Source: Paramoeba atlantica
Lineage: Eukaryota; Protista; Discosea
Direction of reading: 5' to 3'
Length of the DNA stretch: 64,000 nt
Assembly: GCA_977017575.1 (NCBI GenBank)
Contig: CDRNVI010000071.1
Span: forward strand, 248,001-312,000
Below, piece by piece: positions 1 to 10,030 of the stretch (positions within the stretch are counted from its first letter, which is position 1; each line of letters starts with the position of its first letter). The notes beneath the pieces are model-generated. The model made no database searches. It had not been told where the DNA came from and saw only the letters and a list, made by a program, of their open reading frames with translations. The position numbers and the translations under genes are program-made.

Positions 1-533
1 GTGAAGTCCAGACTCTCTGTGAGTCGGTTACATGAAAGGAGGAGTCGACTCATCATGGAGGGTAGCTGTGTGAGCTCAATAGGACTGTGATGTCCGGTAC
101 GGCACACCTCAAGGTGCCTCAGAGAGGATGGGAGATATGCCAAGTGGAGCGGACCTCGCAAGTGGTAATGCGAAACCACTGTTATTTTCTGCATCGTGTC
201 CGGAAGACTCGTCCAGGTCAGATTCCCGTGTAAACTATGAAGCAGAGAAAACTCAATGCGCACCACTTCCTCTTTATCGTCGCAGTGAACTCCTGCCCAT
301 TCACAGGGAGAAATTTTCTGAAGACTCCCGAATATGGGAAACGCGCGCTTCTGTAGAACCCATGTGGGGTGAGGGTTGGAGACACTTTCAAGAAAAGAAC
401 GCATTAAATCCTCCTGGCATAGTAGCATACGACCGACGCGACCGCATCGCACCTTGCGAGCAACTTCGTCAGAGGTTGGGAAAATGATGAGCATGGAGCA
501 GTGAACATAGAGGAATTTTAGATCAGGAATCAT
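1..533 (-). CDS. Leucine-rich repeat protein (3' end runs off the window; not in the ORF track)
   Basis: Manual translation from ATG at 533 is open to position 1: ...LCQEDLMRSFLESVSNP...PCEWAGVHCDDKEEVVRIEFSLLHSLHGNLTWTSLPDTMQKITV...LHLAYLPSSLRHLEV...LTQLPSMMSRLLLSCNRLTESLDF. It has a CxWxGVxC LRR N-cap and LPxxL repeats, like 7058..7621. Confidence 0.85.
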   Translation of the reverse strand, partial: MIPDLKFLYVHCSMLIIFPTSDEVARKVRCGRVGRMLLCQEDLMRSFLESVSNPHPTWVLQKRAFPIFGSLQKISPCEWAGVHCDDKEEVVRIEFSLLHSLHGNLTWTSLPDTMQKITVVSHYHLRGPLHLAYLPSSLRHLEVCRTGHHSPIELTQLPSMMSRLLLSCNRLTESLDF

Positions 534-721
534 ATTTATACAAATACGATGTATGAGTCTCATACTATCTCATTGAGATAGTGTTGCCTTTTCAACTTTT
601 GGGAAATCAATATTCTTCTTTGTTTTTTCTTGATTTTTGCAGTTAATTGCAAGATGTATGCGGATAAGATTTTCGAAAAATGGACAACTGTTGTAGTTTA
701 CCATGCTCAAAAATGAGACCA

Positions 722-2668
722 TCAGAATTCTATATGATATTTTTTCTTGAATGCTCGCCAGGATCGACAAAGTGCGTAGGGTTCTGCTTGTTCCATGTCT
801 ATTGAAGTTCCCTGAGAGGCATTCATGCTATGCACATCTAGCAAAACAGTCAAAAAAGGAAAACGGTGGAGAGTTTCTACAAAGGGATAGAGTAGCTCAT
901 GCTCCATCAATATTCTGTGTGATAATTTCAGTTTCAAGCGGTTTCCACTTTGCTCACTTCTATTTTGTGTGTAACTTGGCTCCGGCAAGGGTGAAGCAAG
1001 ACGCATCGTTGCGTCACTCCTTTTTACTCGTAACTGTAGAGTATGAGTAGATTTGCTTGAGTTACAATTTTTTACCTGTTCACCGACGTTCTCTTTTGTT
1101 GGTATCCCGACTGTAATTCTGTTGGACCTAGTTTCCCCATTTCCGGATGTTATACCGGTCTTTTGCATCAACGCGCCTTGACTTCTTCGCCCTTTTACGG
1201 ACTTTGTATCACCCCTCTGCTTTGGCCGGTTTTGGGTACGTTTTCGTTTTTTTGTGTATCGCTGTCCAATGTCGGAGTAGTCATCACCTGTGCTGCTTGA
1301 GTGGCTAGAGGAGGTACTGGAGCCTCGCCAGGTGGAATCTGAATCCACCTCGCTACTCGTGCTTGAATATTCGGTACTAAGAGCCGCATGCTGCGTGGCA
1401 TAGCGGGACAAAATTGCCGACCGACGCATTGGTCGTACTGATGAGCTAAGTTGCGTACAATTATTTATGGTATGTATTCGCTGCTTATGCTTTGATTTCG
1501 TTTTACCAACACGTGTGCTTGTTGCATTTGTAGGTGTAAGTGTTTTTCTCAACGTACTTTTTGTGTCTTCAACGACAGGGGACGGAGAGGCATAGCTGGC
1601 TGTTTTGCCCAAGCGCCGAAGTATGATTTTGTTTGTCGTTTGTAATGGAAAAAAAGTCCCAAGACAAGTTAGTATGCTAGCAATTTGGTAAATTGTGGTT
1701 ACCTTCAGACCGTGGCCCAAGTATGAGAGTGCGTCAAACCAAAATCTTTGGCGCACATGTGCGAATTGGCTACTCTTCCATAAATCCAGAGCTAAAGCTT
1801 GTATTCGTCTAGTCGGAGACGAGATATTTCGCGTGTGATGAAGATCAAAGTTAACCAAAAGTTGAAACAAGAGAATGCACGAAAAGCAGGTGTACTGTGC
1901 AAGTTTAGCATTGCGTTTCTCGTAATCCGTCAATTTTTTAAAATAGCCCACATGAATTTGTGCCAGAGTTGCATGTATATTCTGCAATTCATGAACCAGA
2001 TCATCACTACGCGCACAGAAAGCGTCTCTAAGTCGTCTCATAGGATCACTAGTCAATAACTTTTGAACGAAGGCAAAGTCGAAATTTTGTTCATCTATTA
2101 TTATTGGTAGTTTGCGATCAAGTAGCCGACTTGCTCCTGCTAGAGCAAAAACTATTGCACTAGCCCATGCATTTGATTGAGTGTCGGAGCAATTTTCCGC
2201 GAAAGTTACGCCCATGAATTCACGATACAGAACTAAACAAAGGGAATGCCAGGGAATATTGTATGAAAATATCTCTGCGTTTACTGAATACGAACTTGAT
2301 TTTTCGCGATTTCGAAACAGCCATTGTAAAGTTGGTAACACAAACTCGGTAAGTAGCAAGATAACCTCTTTTCCAGCCTGATATTTTTCAATAGTACAAA
2401 CTACCAAAGCTAGCAATCGACTCCACTTCTTGATACCTTCATTGTAGCTATGGGAGTGACTAAAAGCTTCATCTACGCTTGACATCGAACAACTAAGTTC
2501 TGATATGGCACTTCGTAGCATAAACCTCCAGCATGTTGCGGTAAAATAGGGGACACAGTTGAATAAGCAGATCTCGAGTGAGATGTCAGACTGAGATGAA
2601 ACCAAGGCATGCGTAACCCTGGCATTCGTACTCTCTATAAATCGACACACAAGTAAATACTTTTCCAT
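722..2668 (-). CDS. Hypothetical protein, 648 aa, with Ser/Thr/Lys-rich low-complexity middle region
   Basis: Long ATG-initiated ORF on the same strand as all other genes; no domain recognised. Confidence 0.8.
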   Translation of the reverse strand: MEKYLLVCRFIESTNARVTHALVSSQSDISLEICLFNCVPYFTATCWRFMLRSAISELSCSMSSVDEAFSHSHSYNEGIKKWSRLLALVVCTIEKYQAGKEVILLLTEFVLPTLQWLFRNREKSSSYSVNAEIFSYNIPWHSLCLVLYREFMGVTFAENCSDTQSNAWASAIVFALAGASRLLDRKLPIIIDEQNFDFAFVQKLLTSDPMRRLRDAFCARSDDLVHELQNIHATLAQIHVGYFKKLTDYEKRNAKLAQYTCFSCILLFQLLVNFDLHHTRNISSPTRRIQALALDLWKSSQFAHVRQRFWFDALSYLGHGLKVTTIYQIASILTCLGTFFPLQTTNKIILRRLGKTASYASPSPVVEDTKSTLRKTLTPTNATSTRVGKTKSKHKQRIHTINNCTQLSSSVRPMRRSAILSRYATQHAALSTEYSSTSSEVDSDSTWRGSSTSSSHSSSTGDDYSDIGQRYTKKRKRTQNRPKQRGDTKSVKGRRSQGALMQKTGITSGNGETRSNRITVGIPTKENVGEQVKNCNSSKSTHTLQLRVKRSDATMRLASPLPEPSYTQNRSEQSGNRLKLKLSHRILMEHELLYPFVETLHRFPFLTVLLDVHSMNASQGTSIDMEQAEPYALCRSWRAFKKKYHIEF

Positions 2669-3118
2669 TGAACATTCCTTTTTACGATTTGCTCATACGT
2701 ACACGTACGTTTAAAAAGATTTAAGGACAATGTAGTACATACGCGCTCTGGTACGAACGAAGTCTTGAAGTGATCAATAGTCCATGCGATTTCAGAATTC
2801 TGAGATTTCTCTTCAACATTTCACTGTTTTCCGAGGAAAACTTCATAAACTCAAGATGATCCGAGTAAATAGTGAAATCGTAGTAAAAAATAGTAAATCA
2901 GACCAAACAAGTAATACATACATGCATACTCAAAGAAGAATATGTGCTCATATTCGTCATGCATATTCATTCGCAAGCGAAGTAAAATCACTTGAAGTAC
3001 AGTATCTTGCAGTGGATTCAATATGAACATTTGCTCTCTGGATAGCAAGTGCGCGATAACTAAGTAGCAAGTAGAAAATAATAATAATATAAAATATAAA
3101 TATAAAATAAATATAAGT

Positions 3119-4867
3119 TCAGATTTCTACTGGCTCAAAAACTTCTGAAATGCGCACCCGGCACATAGGGCAGTATCCCACTTTGGTGCAGCACCCTTTG
3201 CAAAGAACTTTATGCTTACACGGGAGAAATATTACACCGGGGCTATTGGACATGCATGTAATACACTTTGTGCTCTGTTCCTCCAAAATATGCCGCAAGG
3301 ACTCAAGGTACTCCGTAGCTTCGCGCTGCAGCTCACGTAATTCAGCTGAGCGTAAGTGTTGTAAATTCAGCGGCAGTGAGAAAAATTGTGCCCGAAAGAC
3401 CTTTTCAATCTCGGAGGATACAGATTTTTGAAGCGCGTCGATGTCTACATGCTTTGTTGTTTTCTGTGAGACACGTGCGCTTTCTATGGCATCAGTTTTG
3501 ACAGGAAGACGTAATTCGGAGGGATATTCCGTTCCAAAATCTGTGTGATCAATCACCATTGTTGGAAGCTCGGTGTACGAAATTGATTCTTGAATTAAGT
3601 TCTGAGAAGCACTCTCTATCAGCTGTTTGTTGTCACAAGTTTCTGAAAAATACGGCTTTTCTTCTGAATCGGATATGTTTGGTATGTCGTCAGAACAATC
3701 TTGGGAGGTCGTAACCGCGGAAGAAGCTAGAAGTGCTGAGGATGTAGGACTCACAAGTGAGCAATGCGTATCCTCCGAATTTGACAAATGTTTAGCTATA
3801 TTTCCGTTTGCATGCTCCATTGGCCTAGTAGCGTTGAATGTTTCACCTTTCTCTGAGGAAGAAATTTCCACACAATCTTCCATACATTCTTGAGTGAGCG
3901 AAGATATTACGCTGCCAACTGTGTTGGCCAGTAACGACACGCCGGAAGAGTGTGTATTTTTATCTCCCTGCCTGAATTCCGACGAGGGAGCCTGACTCTG
4001 CGAAATATCTACATCCACAGGCGAGCTGTTTGTCCCAATACTCTTTTGTCCGGACTGACACTCTCCAGTAAAGTTTCCATGTGCCCCATTGTAACATTGT
4101 CGTGAATCACTGGCTTGTACAGAAGGTAGATTAGAGGGATTTATAATAAAATTAAAGTTTTTATCGGTCTGACCCTCAGATATTCCTACATCACTAGATT
4201 CGCCGTCAAGAAACGACTCTGCGAAATTTTCCTGGTCTCTTGCATTGCTATTGCCTTTTTGTAGTTTGCTTTCCACATTTTTTAACGCGTGTAATCTGCC
4301 CAAAGCGTAACGAAGTCTTCGGTAATCCGCTGAGGACGGCAGCCGAGGCATCCAGCCTTGCTCTACATCACTATGCCAGACGCCAAACTCATCTGTTTGA
4401 AATGGTTTGTTACTCACAGAATTGAGTTCATACGGCGTGGGCTTCGAAGCGCCCGGGGTGGAAGGAGAAAGAGGAAGGACAAGGTACATTGTTGTTTCAA
4501 GGTTGGTGTCCTGAGCAAAGCCACGGTATATTTTTCCATGAGTCACGCCTAGAATCGGAGCTATGCGATACTCGTCTCCCCCAGTCGGACGCTGTAACAG
4601 TACCCGCACATAGAGTCCGGGGAGAATATCCTCCAACAGCTGTCGTCTGGTCTGGGTAGAGAGGTAAGAAACAATCGCACTGCGCGTTACTTGCAGAGCT
4701 CGCACCGTCGGAAGGCGTGAAGCAGAAGCGCTAGTTGCTGGCTCCGTGCGGGAAGGCATTGTAGAGCGTATATGAAGTGTCTGGTAATATTCTAAAAAAT
4801 TAGGCGGGGGAAGAGGGAGAGTTGGCATCAAGTTCTTAGTTTTGCCAAGAAGCAAGATCCTTCCCAT
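3119..4867 (-). CDS. Plus3-domain protein with C-terminal C3HC4 RING finger (putative E3 ligase)
   Basis: N-terminal LPGLYVRVLL...YRIAPILGV...TTMYLVL...LNSVSNKPFQTDEFGVW resembles Plus3 (RTF1-like). C-terminal CITC...FLPCKHKVLCKGC...CPMCR is a RING-HC motif. Confidence 0.85.
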   Translation of the reverse strand: MGRILLLGKTKNLMPTLPLPPPNFLEYYQTLHIRSTMPSRTEPATSASASRLPTVRALQVTRSAIVSYLSTQTRRQLLEDILPGLYVRVLLQRPTGGDEYRIAPILGVTHGKIYRGFAQDTNLETTMYLVLPLSPSTPGASKPTPYELNSVSNKPFQTDEFGVWHSDVEQGWMPRLPSSADYRRLRYALGRLHALKNVESKLQKGNSNARDQENFAESFLDGESSDVGISEGQTDKNFNFIINPSNLPSVQASDSRQCYNGAHGNFTGECQSGQKSIGTNSSPVDVDISQSQAPSSEFRQGDKNTHSSGVSLLANTVGSVISSLTQECMEDCVEISSSEKGETFNATRPMEHANGNIAKHLSNSEDTHCSLVSPTSSALLASSAVTTSQDCSDDIPNISDSEEKPYFSETCDNKQLIESASQNLIQESISYTELPTMVIDHTDFGTEYPSELRLPVKTDAIESARVSQKTTKHVDIDALQKSVSSEIEKVFRAQFFSLPLNLQHLRSAELRELQREATEYLESLRHILEEQSTKCITCMSNSPGVIFLPCKHKVLCKGCCTKVGYCPMCRVRISEVFEPVEI

Positions 4868-5018
4868 TTTAAGAATCACGTGCTTCTATAAATAAACGTA
4901 ATGTAGTGGTTGCATAATTACCATAATTCATGTAATGTAGCATAAAAAATGCCTATGATATCATATGTAATATATCAATTGAAAAACCCAGATAACGTTT
5001 CTGAAGTAAACGACGTTA

Positions 5019-5830
5019 CAGGTTAACATGCCGGGGAGGCATGTTATGGTGCTACAGGCATGTTATGGTGTTACAGGCATGTTAAATTTCTGAACCTCCG
5101 TTTGAAAGAATAAGGAAAGCAATCGACACAAAAATTGGTTTTGACCTCACTGTTAAATTAAACGTTACGAAACTTTGCTTTAGAAATTTTTGCTTTAAAC
5201 TTTCCAACTTCACTTACTCATGGTTTCAATTATTCCTGACCTTGCTCTTCTGAATCCACTCCTGTATAGTACAAACATAGGCTCTTCCATTTGGGTTTGT
5301 TGGTACAGTTGGGCTTGGAGAAGTTAATGTTGGCGCTATTGCGACTTCTGGGGGAACAAGAGTATGCGATCCCCGGGACAGAGATATGCTCATGGTTTGT
5401 GTATCCTAGGCGGGGGAAAGACCCAACGATGTCCATCGAACCTAGAGTGTCCATCGAACCTAGGTCGGAGAGCTCTACTATCAGTAGCTCAACATCTTTA
5501 TCAGCAGCTTCGTCTTCCTCATCATTATCCTCTTCTTCCTCTTCCTGCTCGTCTTCCTCTCCCTCGCCCTCCCCCTCTTATTCAGAGAACTCTTTTTCAC
5601 AGGATTCCTCACGAGTATGGCCCTGATTCGACAATGAAAAATGAACACAGTATTATTCTGAAGAGAGGGCTAAAAGAAATAAAGGTTAAAGAAACAAGAG
5701 GGAAATATAGTGTACCAAAAAAAAGGCTCGGCTTCGCCGAGAAAATCAGAAGGGGGGCATGTTATAAGACCCCATTTCACGATAACATGCCGGGGGGGGC
5801 ATGTTATGGTGATATAGGCATGTTAACCCG
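5019..5830. mobile_element. MITE-like TIR element with GGCATGTTA subterminal repeats
   Basis: Left end TA|CAGGTTAACATGCC; right end GGCATGTTAACCCG|TG; GGCATGTTA is repeated at both ends. Confidence 0.6.
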
Positions 5831-5842
5831 TGCCCTCGTTTA

Positions 5843-6771
5843 TAAACCCCCCACAGCGAATAAGTCACCCCCCTCTTTTTTTTGTACAACGAGGCTTAGG
5901 GGGGTTGCGGCACCACTTTTTCGTTCAAAATTTTGAGATCTGCACGTTCCCGCTGTTTTTAGACCTCTTCACAGATAACAAATTAAAACTCATTTTTTTA
6001 ATGACGTTTTTACATAGTCATGCCAATATTACCCGAAAAATCTCATGTTCCTCGACCAGGGGGGGAGAAGGGGGTCAACATGAAAATGGTGTCACAGATC
6101 TTCGCTAGGGGAACGAGATCTCTCGATTGCAACAAAAATGATCAAAAACAGATAACAAACATGCAATTTGTCACGTGGTGGAATATTTTTCTTTGATTGG
6201 TTCTTTCTTGAAACAGTGATAAATTAACTTTTTTAAGCTGTCCCCTTTACTTTTTGCTTGAAGGGGCCTAAGGGGGTTAAGATATCATTTTCTCGTTCAA
6301 AATTTTGAGATCTACACGTTCCCACCATTTTTAGATCATTTTAGAAACTGAAAAAGAAAATTATTTTTAGGTTCTATTGTTTTGCATCGTTATACCACAC
6401 TAATTTAAGAAAACAAACACTCCGCGGCCAGGGGGCACAAGTGGGTCAATATTAAAAAAGAGCGGCAAAGATCTTTTCTAGGAGAACGAGATCTCTCGTT
6501 CGCAACAAAAATCAGCAAAAACGGACAAAAATAATTGAATTTCTCATGGGAGGAGAAGATTAATTTTGTTAAAGTGTGAGAAATTGATCTCTTGAAAAAT
6601 GTGAAGAAAGTGATAATCCATCTATCGGATGCACGCATTTGAGAGCCTTGGTTCCATGCTATAACGCGCAAAGTCTTTGTGTTGGGAACAGCAAAATGCA
6701 ACAAAAATGAGCTCAAACGGACACTTGGCTGAAAAGTTAGAGGGGGGTGACTTTTCGCTGTGGGGGGTTTA
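5843..6771. mobile_element. TA-flanked MITE with internal direct duplication
   Basis: TA|TAAACCCCCCACAGCGAATAAGTCACCCCCCTC ... GAGGGGGGTGACTTTTCGCTGTGGGGGGTTTA|TA. About 5896-6140 is repeated at about 6270-6520. Related fragments occur near 19380-19465 and 21760-21810. Confidence 0.7.
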
Positions 6772-7057
6772 TATAAATTCATAGATCGTATATGCTTTAC
6801 GATTCAAACAATTCGTTATTAACCAAAACTTTTCAAGTATATTGAACAAACTATGGTTGACCTAAGGTACACTAAAAACACCCCTATGTACTCACTATTC
6901 ATGTACTAACGAATGGACTAAGAAAATACACGTAAGAACATCGAAAACTTTGAAAGCAGATAAATAAATAAATCCTAATAGAAAAGATATAAACTCACTA
7001 ATGTTTGCCGTCACATTCAAATAATTCAATTGATGAATTACTATCACAAGTTTACAT

Positions 7058-7621
7058 TCACCATTCCAAGTGCAGTAAGGTTTTTGGTAGATCTTCCTTC
7101 TTTGCTTCTATTACTAGATTTTGGTTATCGACCATAAACAAAGTATTCATATGAGGGGGTAGATTTGATAGACCTACAACCCCACTGAAGCGATTTGCAG
7201 ACATATGAAGCACTTTTAAAGAGTTCGGTAACATGCTCAGATTGGGCTGACCAGTAAAAAAATTTCCAGACAAACTGATTGTGTGTAGTTTCTGTGGGAA
7301 ACTATCCCACAGTACTTCTCCTTCCAAAGAGTTGATGCCAAGTCTTAACACAGCCAATGTGACAGGTAAATAGCGCCAGTTTACTGTACCATGCAGCTGC
7401 TTAAAATGCCATAAAAGAGCATCGATATTTCCATTTTTATCACATTGCACACTGTCCCAGTCACAGGCAGGGGTCTCCTCGCTCCACAAAGGGTGCGTAC
7501 GCGTAATGTTTTTTATAAGAAGACCCAAATCGTATTCCTGTGGCCAAGCCACTCCCCGAACTTTGGCAGGACGCCTCACGATTTCCGTACCGTCATCGTG
7601 TAAATGAATTGCAGACAACAT
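7058..7621 (-). CDS. Small leucine-rich repeat protein, 187 aa
   Basis: ACDWDSVQC N-cap followed by LPxxL..L.L..N.L/F.G repeats. Confidence 0.9.
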   Translation of the reverse strand: MLSAIHLHDDGTEIVRRPAKVRGVAWPQEYDLGLLIKNITRTHPLWSEETPACDWDSVQCDKNGNIDALLWHFKQLHGTVNWRYLPVTLAVLRLGINSLEGEVLWDSFPQKLHTISLSGNFFTGQPNLSMLPNSLKVLHMSANRFSGVVGLSNLPPHMNTLFMVDNQNLVIEAKKEDLPKTLLHLEW

Positions 7622-7790
7622 TGAACTACTCTATCAAAATTGAAAGTCTATTAGGTATTCTGTCAAGATGCTGAGCAATCCAATCAAAATTGCTCATAAC
7701 ATGTTTAATAACCTTTTAACTTTTTGCATTAAAAAAACATAAAACTTTGTCAAGTGGGTCACAGCAATAGTAAGGGCCTTTCACATTTAA

Positions 7791-9263
7791 CTACATAGGA
7801 GGTTTCACGCGATCCACGCACCGCCGCACTATATCGTTGACATTAGCTATATTCATTACAGGGCACTCTTGAATAACAGATGATTGCATTGCGGAGAACA
7901 AATCATCGTTGGCAGCTTCCGACATTGTGTTAATCCATTCTGTAAGTTCCCACTCACGACGTGTCGTGCTATTGAAGAGCGTTGTTGATCCACTCGCTGC
8001 TAGCCCGGTACTGTCTGGGAAGAAATCAGATCTAAGACACTCTGCGTGTGGGTCACAAGATTCTGAAGTGTTTTTAGTTTCTGCGTCTGTTTTCATTTCA
8101 GAAAATTGTTCATTCAAATTCGTAGAATTTTCTCTATATTCCTGAAATGTGCGCCGTAGGAGAGATATCCGGTCAACTAAATTGAGACAATGTGGAATAT
8201 ATACAAGAACAGAGTTGCAGATATCAATCGGATTAGCATATGATCTATTCTGCAACGCTGCAAATAATTGGGCAGTGCCTAGCAATTCCTCATGAACAGA
8301 ATTAAATACGATAGGGCTCGTAGAAATGGATCTCAGGGCAAGACGAACGCCTCGAACCAGTTGATCAAGGTATCGCTTGAGAGCGGTACTTACAAAAACA
8401 GAATCATATACAGAAGTAGCCGCGAGCATATTTGCTTTAATAGACTCGTCTAATTTTACCTCCCCGTGCGTCGGTGCAATGTTTTCTATACACAAATGCA
8501 TGCGAAATCTTTTGCGTAGATCAAGATCAAACTTTGCGTATCCACCCTCCTTCACTAATACAATGATAGCAAATGGAAAAGGCACGCGACGCACGGTGTT
8601 TCCAACAGATTCCACAACACCAAAAGCCATTAACTCCAAAATGGCTGCATGTGTCTCGGGACGTCCTTTGTCTAAATCGTACAAGACGTACACGCATGGC
8701 GGGTTATCGTGAAACCTCGAACCGTCTAGGAAAAAATCACTTTTTTCATTCCATTCAGGAGCAGATGTTCTTGTCCATCCTTGCCTATGAAACTTCGACC
8801 CCGACAAGCGTCCATCCATCACATTCACCTCCTTGTCAGTCTTACCGTAATCCGCCAAGTGGTAACGTCTTGAACGCACTGGTCGAGATGGATGTAGATG
8901 TGAATTCATATCTTCTCCTTGCAATTCTATAGACGGCTTGCGGTCACGGTTAGACGAATTACGTAAACTATATGGAGTGTCGAGTAAAAGTGCAGAGAGA
9001 TCCGCGCGTGTCATGTGCGGGTATACCCCTATAGGTTCAATGAAATGATTTGGCAAATTGATTTTTAGGAAATTCGTCACACTTAGTGCTGCAGAAGGTA
9101 AATCCTTGCGCTTTTCATAACTTGAGTGTGATTTAACCATGTTTTCGTCGTGTGAACCCTCCTGAGGACGCACAGTAACAAATACGTGTTGTAACAAACC
9201 CGAAGCGCAACACAAAAGTTGGCCATCTGACAGATCATTCATGCTTGCTGTCTTGATCACCAT
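7791..9263 (-). CDS. Degenerate MoxR/ChlI-like AAA+ protein, probably ATPase-dead
   Basis: VLYDLDKGRPETHAAILELM...VPFPFAIIV...LRKRF aligns by eye with the MoxR Walker B to Arg-finger segment. VFVSTALKRYLDQLVRGVR...AQLFAALQNRSYANPIDI resembles the AAA lid. No GxxxxGKT is present. Confidence 0.65.
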   Translation of the reverse strand: MVIKTASMNDLSDGQLLCCASGLLQHVFVTVRPQEGSHDENMVKSHSSYEKRKDLPSAALSVTNFLKINLPNHFIEPIGVYPHMTRADLSALLLDTPYSLRNSSNRDRKPSIELQGEDMNSHLHPSRPVRSRRYHLADYGKTDKEVNVMDGRLSGSKFHRQGWTRTSAPEWNEKSDFFLDGSRFHDNPPCVYVLYDLDKGRPETHAAILELMAFGVVESVGNTVRRVPFPFAIIVLVKEGGYAKFDLDLRKRFRMHLCIENIAPTHGEVKLDESIKANMLAATSVYDSVFVSTALKRYLDQLVRGVRLALRSISTSPIVFNSVHEELLGTAQLFAALQNRSYANPIDICNSVLVYIPHCLNLVDRISLLRRTFQEYRENSTNLNEQFSEMKTDAETKNTSESCDPHAECLRSDFFPDSTGLAASGSTTLFNSTTRREWELTEWINTMSEAANDDLFSAMQSSVIQECPVMNIANVNDIVRRCVDRVKPPM

Positions 9264-9379
9264 ACCCTTGTAGCATGCAAAAGTGTAGCTTTCGTATCCG
9301 TTATTTTTTTCAGAAACAAAGAGAGTAGCAACGTCGACATTAAATAGACTTACAAAACCCGGGGAACGGTATATTATTC

Positions 9380-9620
9380 AAATCGGAATTTGGATAATAT
9401 AGTATTATTTGGATAATACAGTGTTATGCGGCTCCATTTGAATAATATAGCGTTATTTGAATAATATTATATTATAAGTATGTATATTATACATAACCAT
9501 GTGTATGTATACATAACCTGGAGGTGACCTGTAGTGACCTCACTACATACATGTATGTAGTGAGTCACTACATTCAGTACATTTGGGTCACTACACTCAC
9601 TACACTTTCACCACCATACG
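9380..9620. repeat. Short-motif repeat patch with a perfect 26-bp palindrome
   Basis: (G/T)GATAATATAG-type repeats; CTCACTACATACATGTATGTAGTGAG at 9539-9564; TCACTACA recurs. Confidence 0.6.
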
Positions 9621-9667
9621 TTTTGGCTTTCACGTACCTCCTTGAATGCTCGATAAAAATTATAGTA

Positions 9668-9975
9668 CTGTGACCCCCCCCTTTATACTTCGCCCATTTT
9701 GAGCAGTAACGAAGTATAAAGGGGGGGTCTGATTTTTTTCCCCGCTGTAAAAAAAAAAAACGCGCCGCTTCGCGGCGCGGCTCATCCCGTTTTCCTGTCT
9801 TTCCTTTTATGTACATAACATATAACATGTATATCACCTTCCATTTCTAGAAGGGAAGACTCAGAACGTTCTTGTTTTTTCCTAAACATTTTTGAAAAAT
9901 TACGAAAATAAATAAAAATCGCCCCCCCTTCGGGGGGGGGCACACAGAAAACGAAGTATAAAAGGGGGGTCACAG
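9668..9975. mobile_element. TA-flanked MITE (CTGT-C-tract family), 308 bp
   Basis: TA|CTGTGACCCCCCCCTTTATACTTCG ... CGAAGTATAAAAGGGGGGTCACAG|TA; the reconstructed target TATAGTACTATA is palindromic. Confidence 0.8.
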
Positions 9976-10030
9976 TACTATAAAAACGAGAAAAGAAAGG
10001 CACCACAAAGCCCCCTTTACCCACGCCGCC

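Noticed and set aside
128-487. Plus-strand 119-aa ORF
   Set aside because: Antisense to the LRR gene at 1-533 and has no recognisable motifs.
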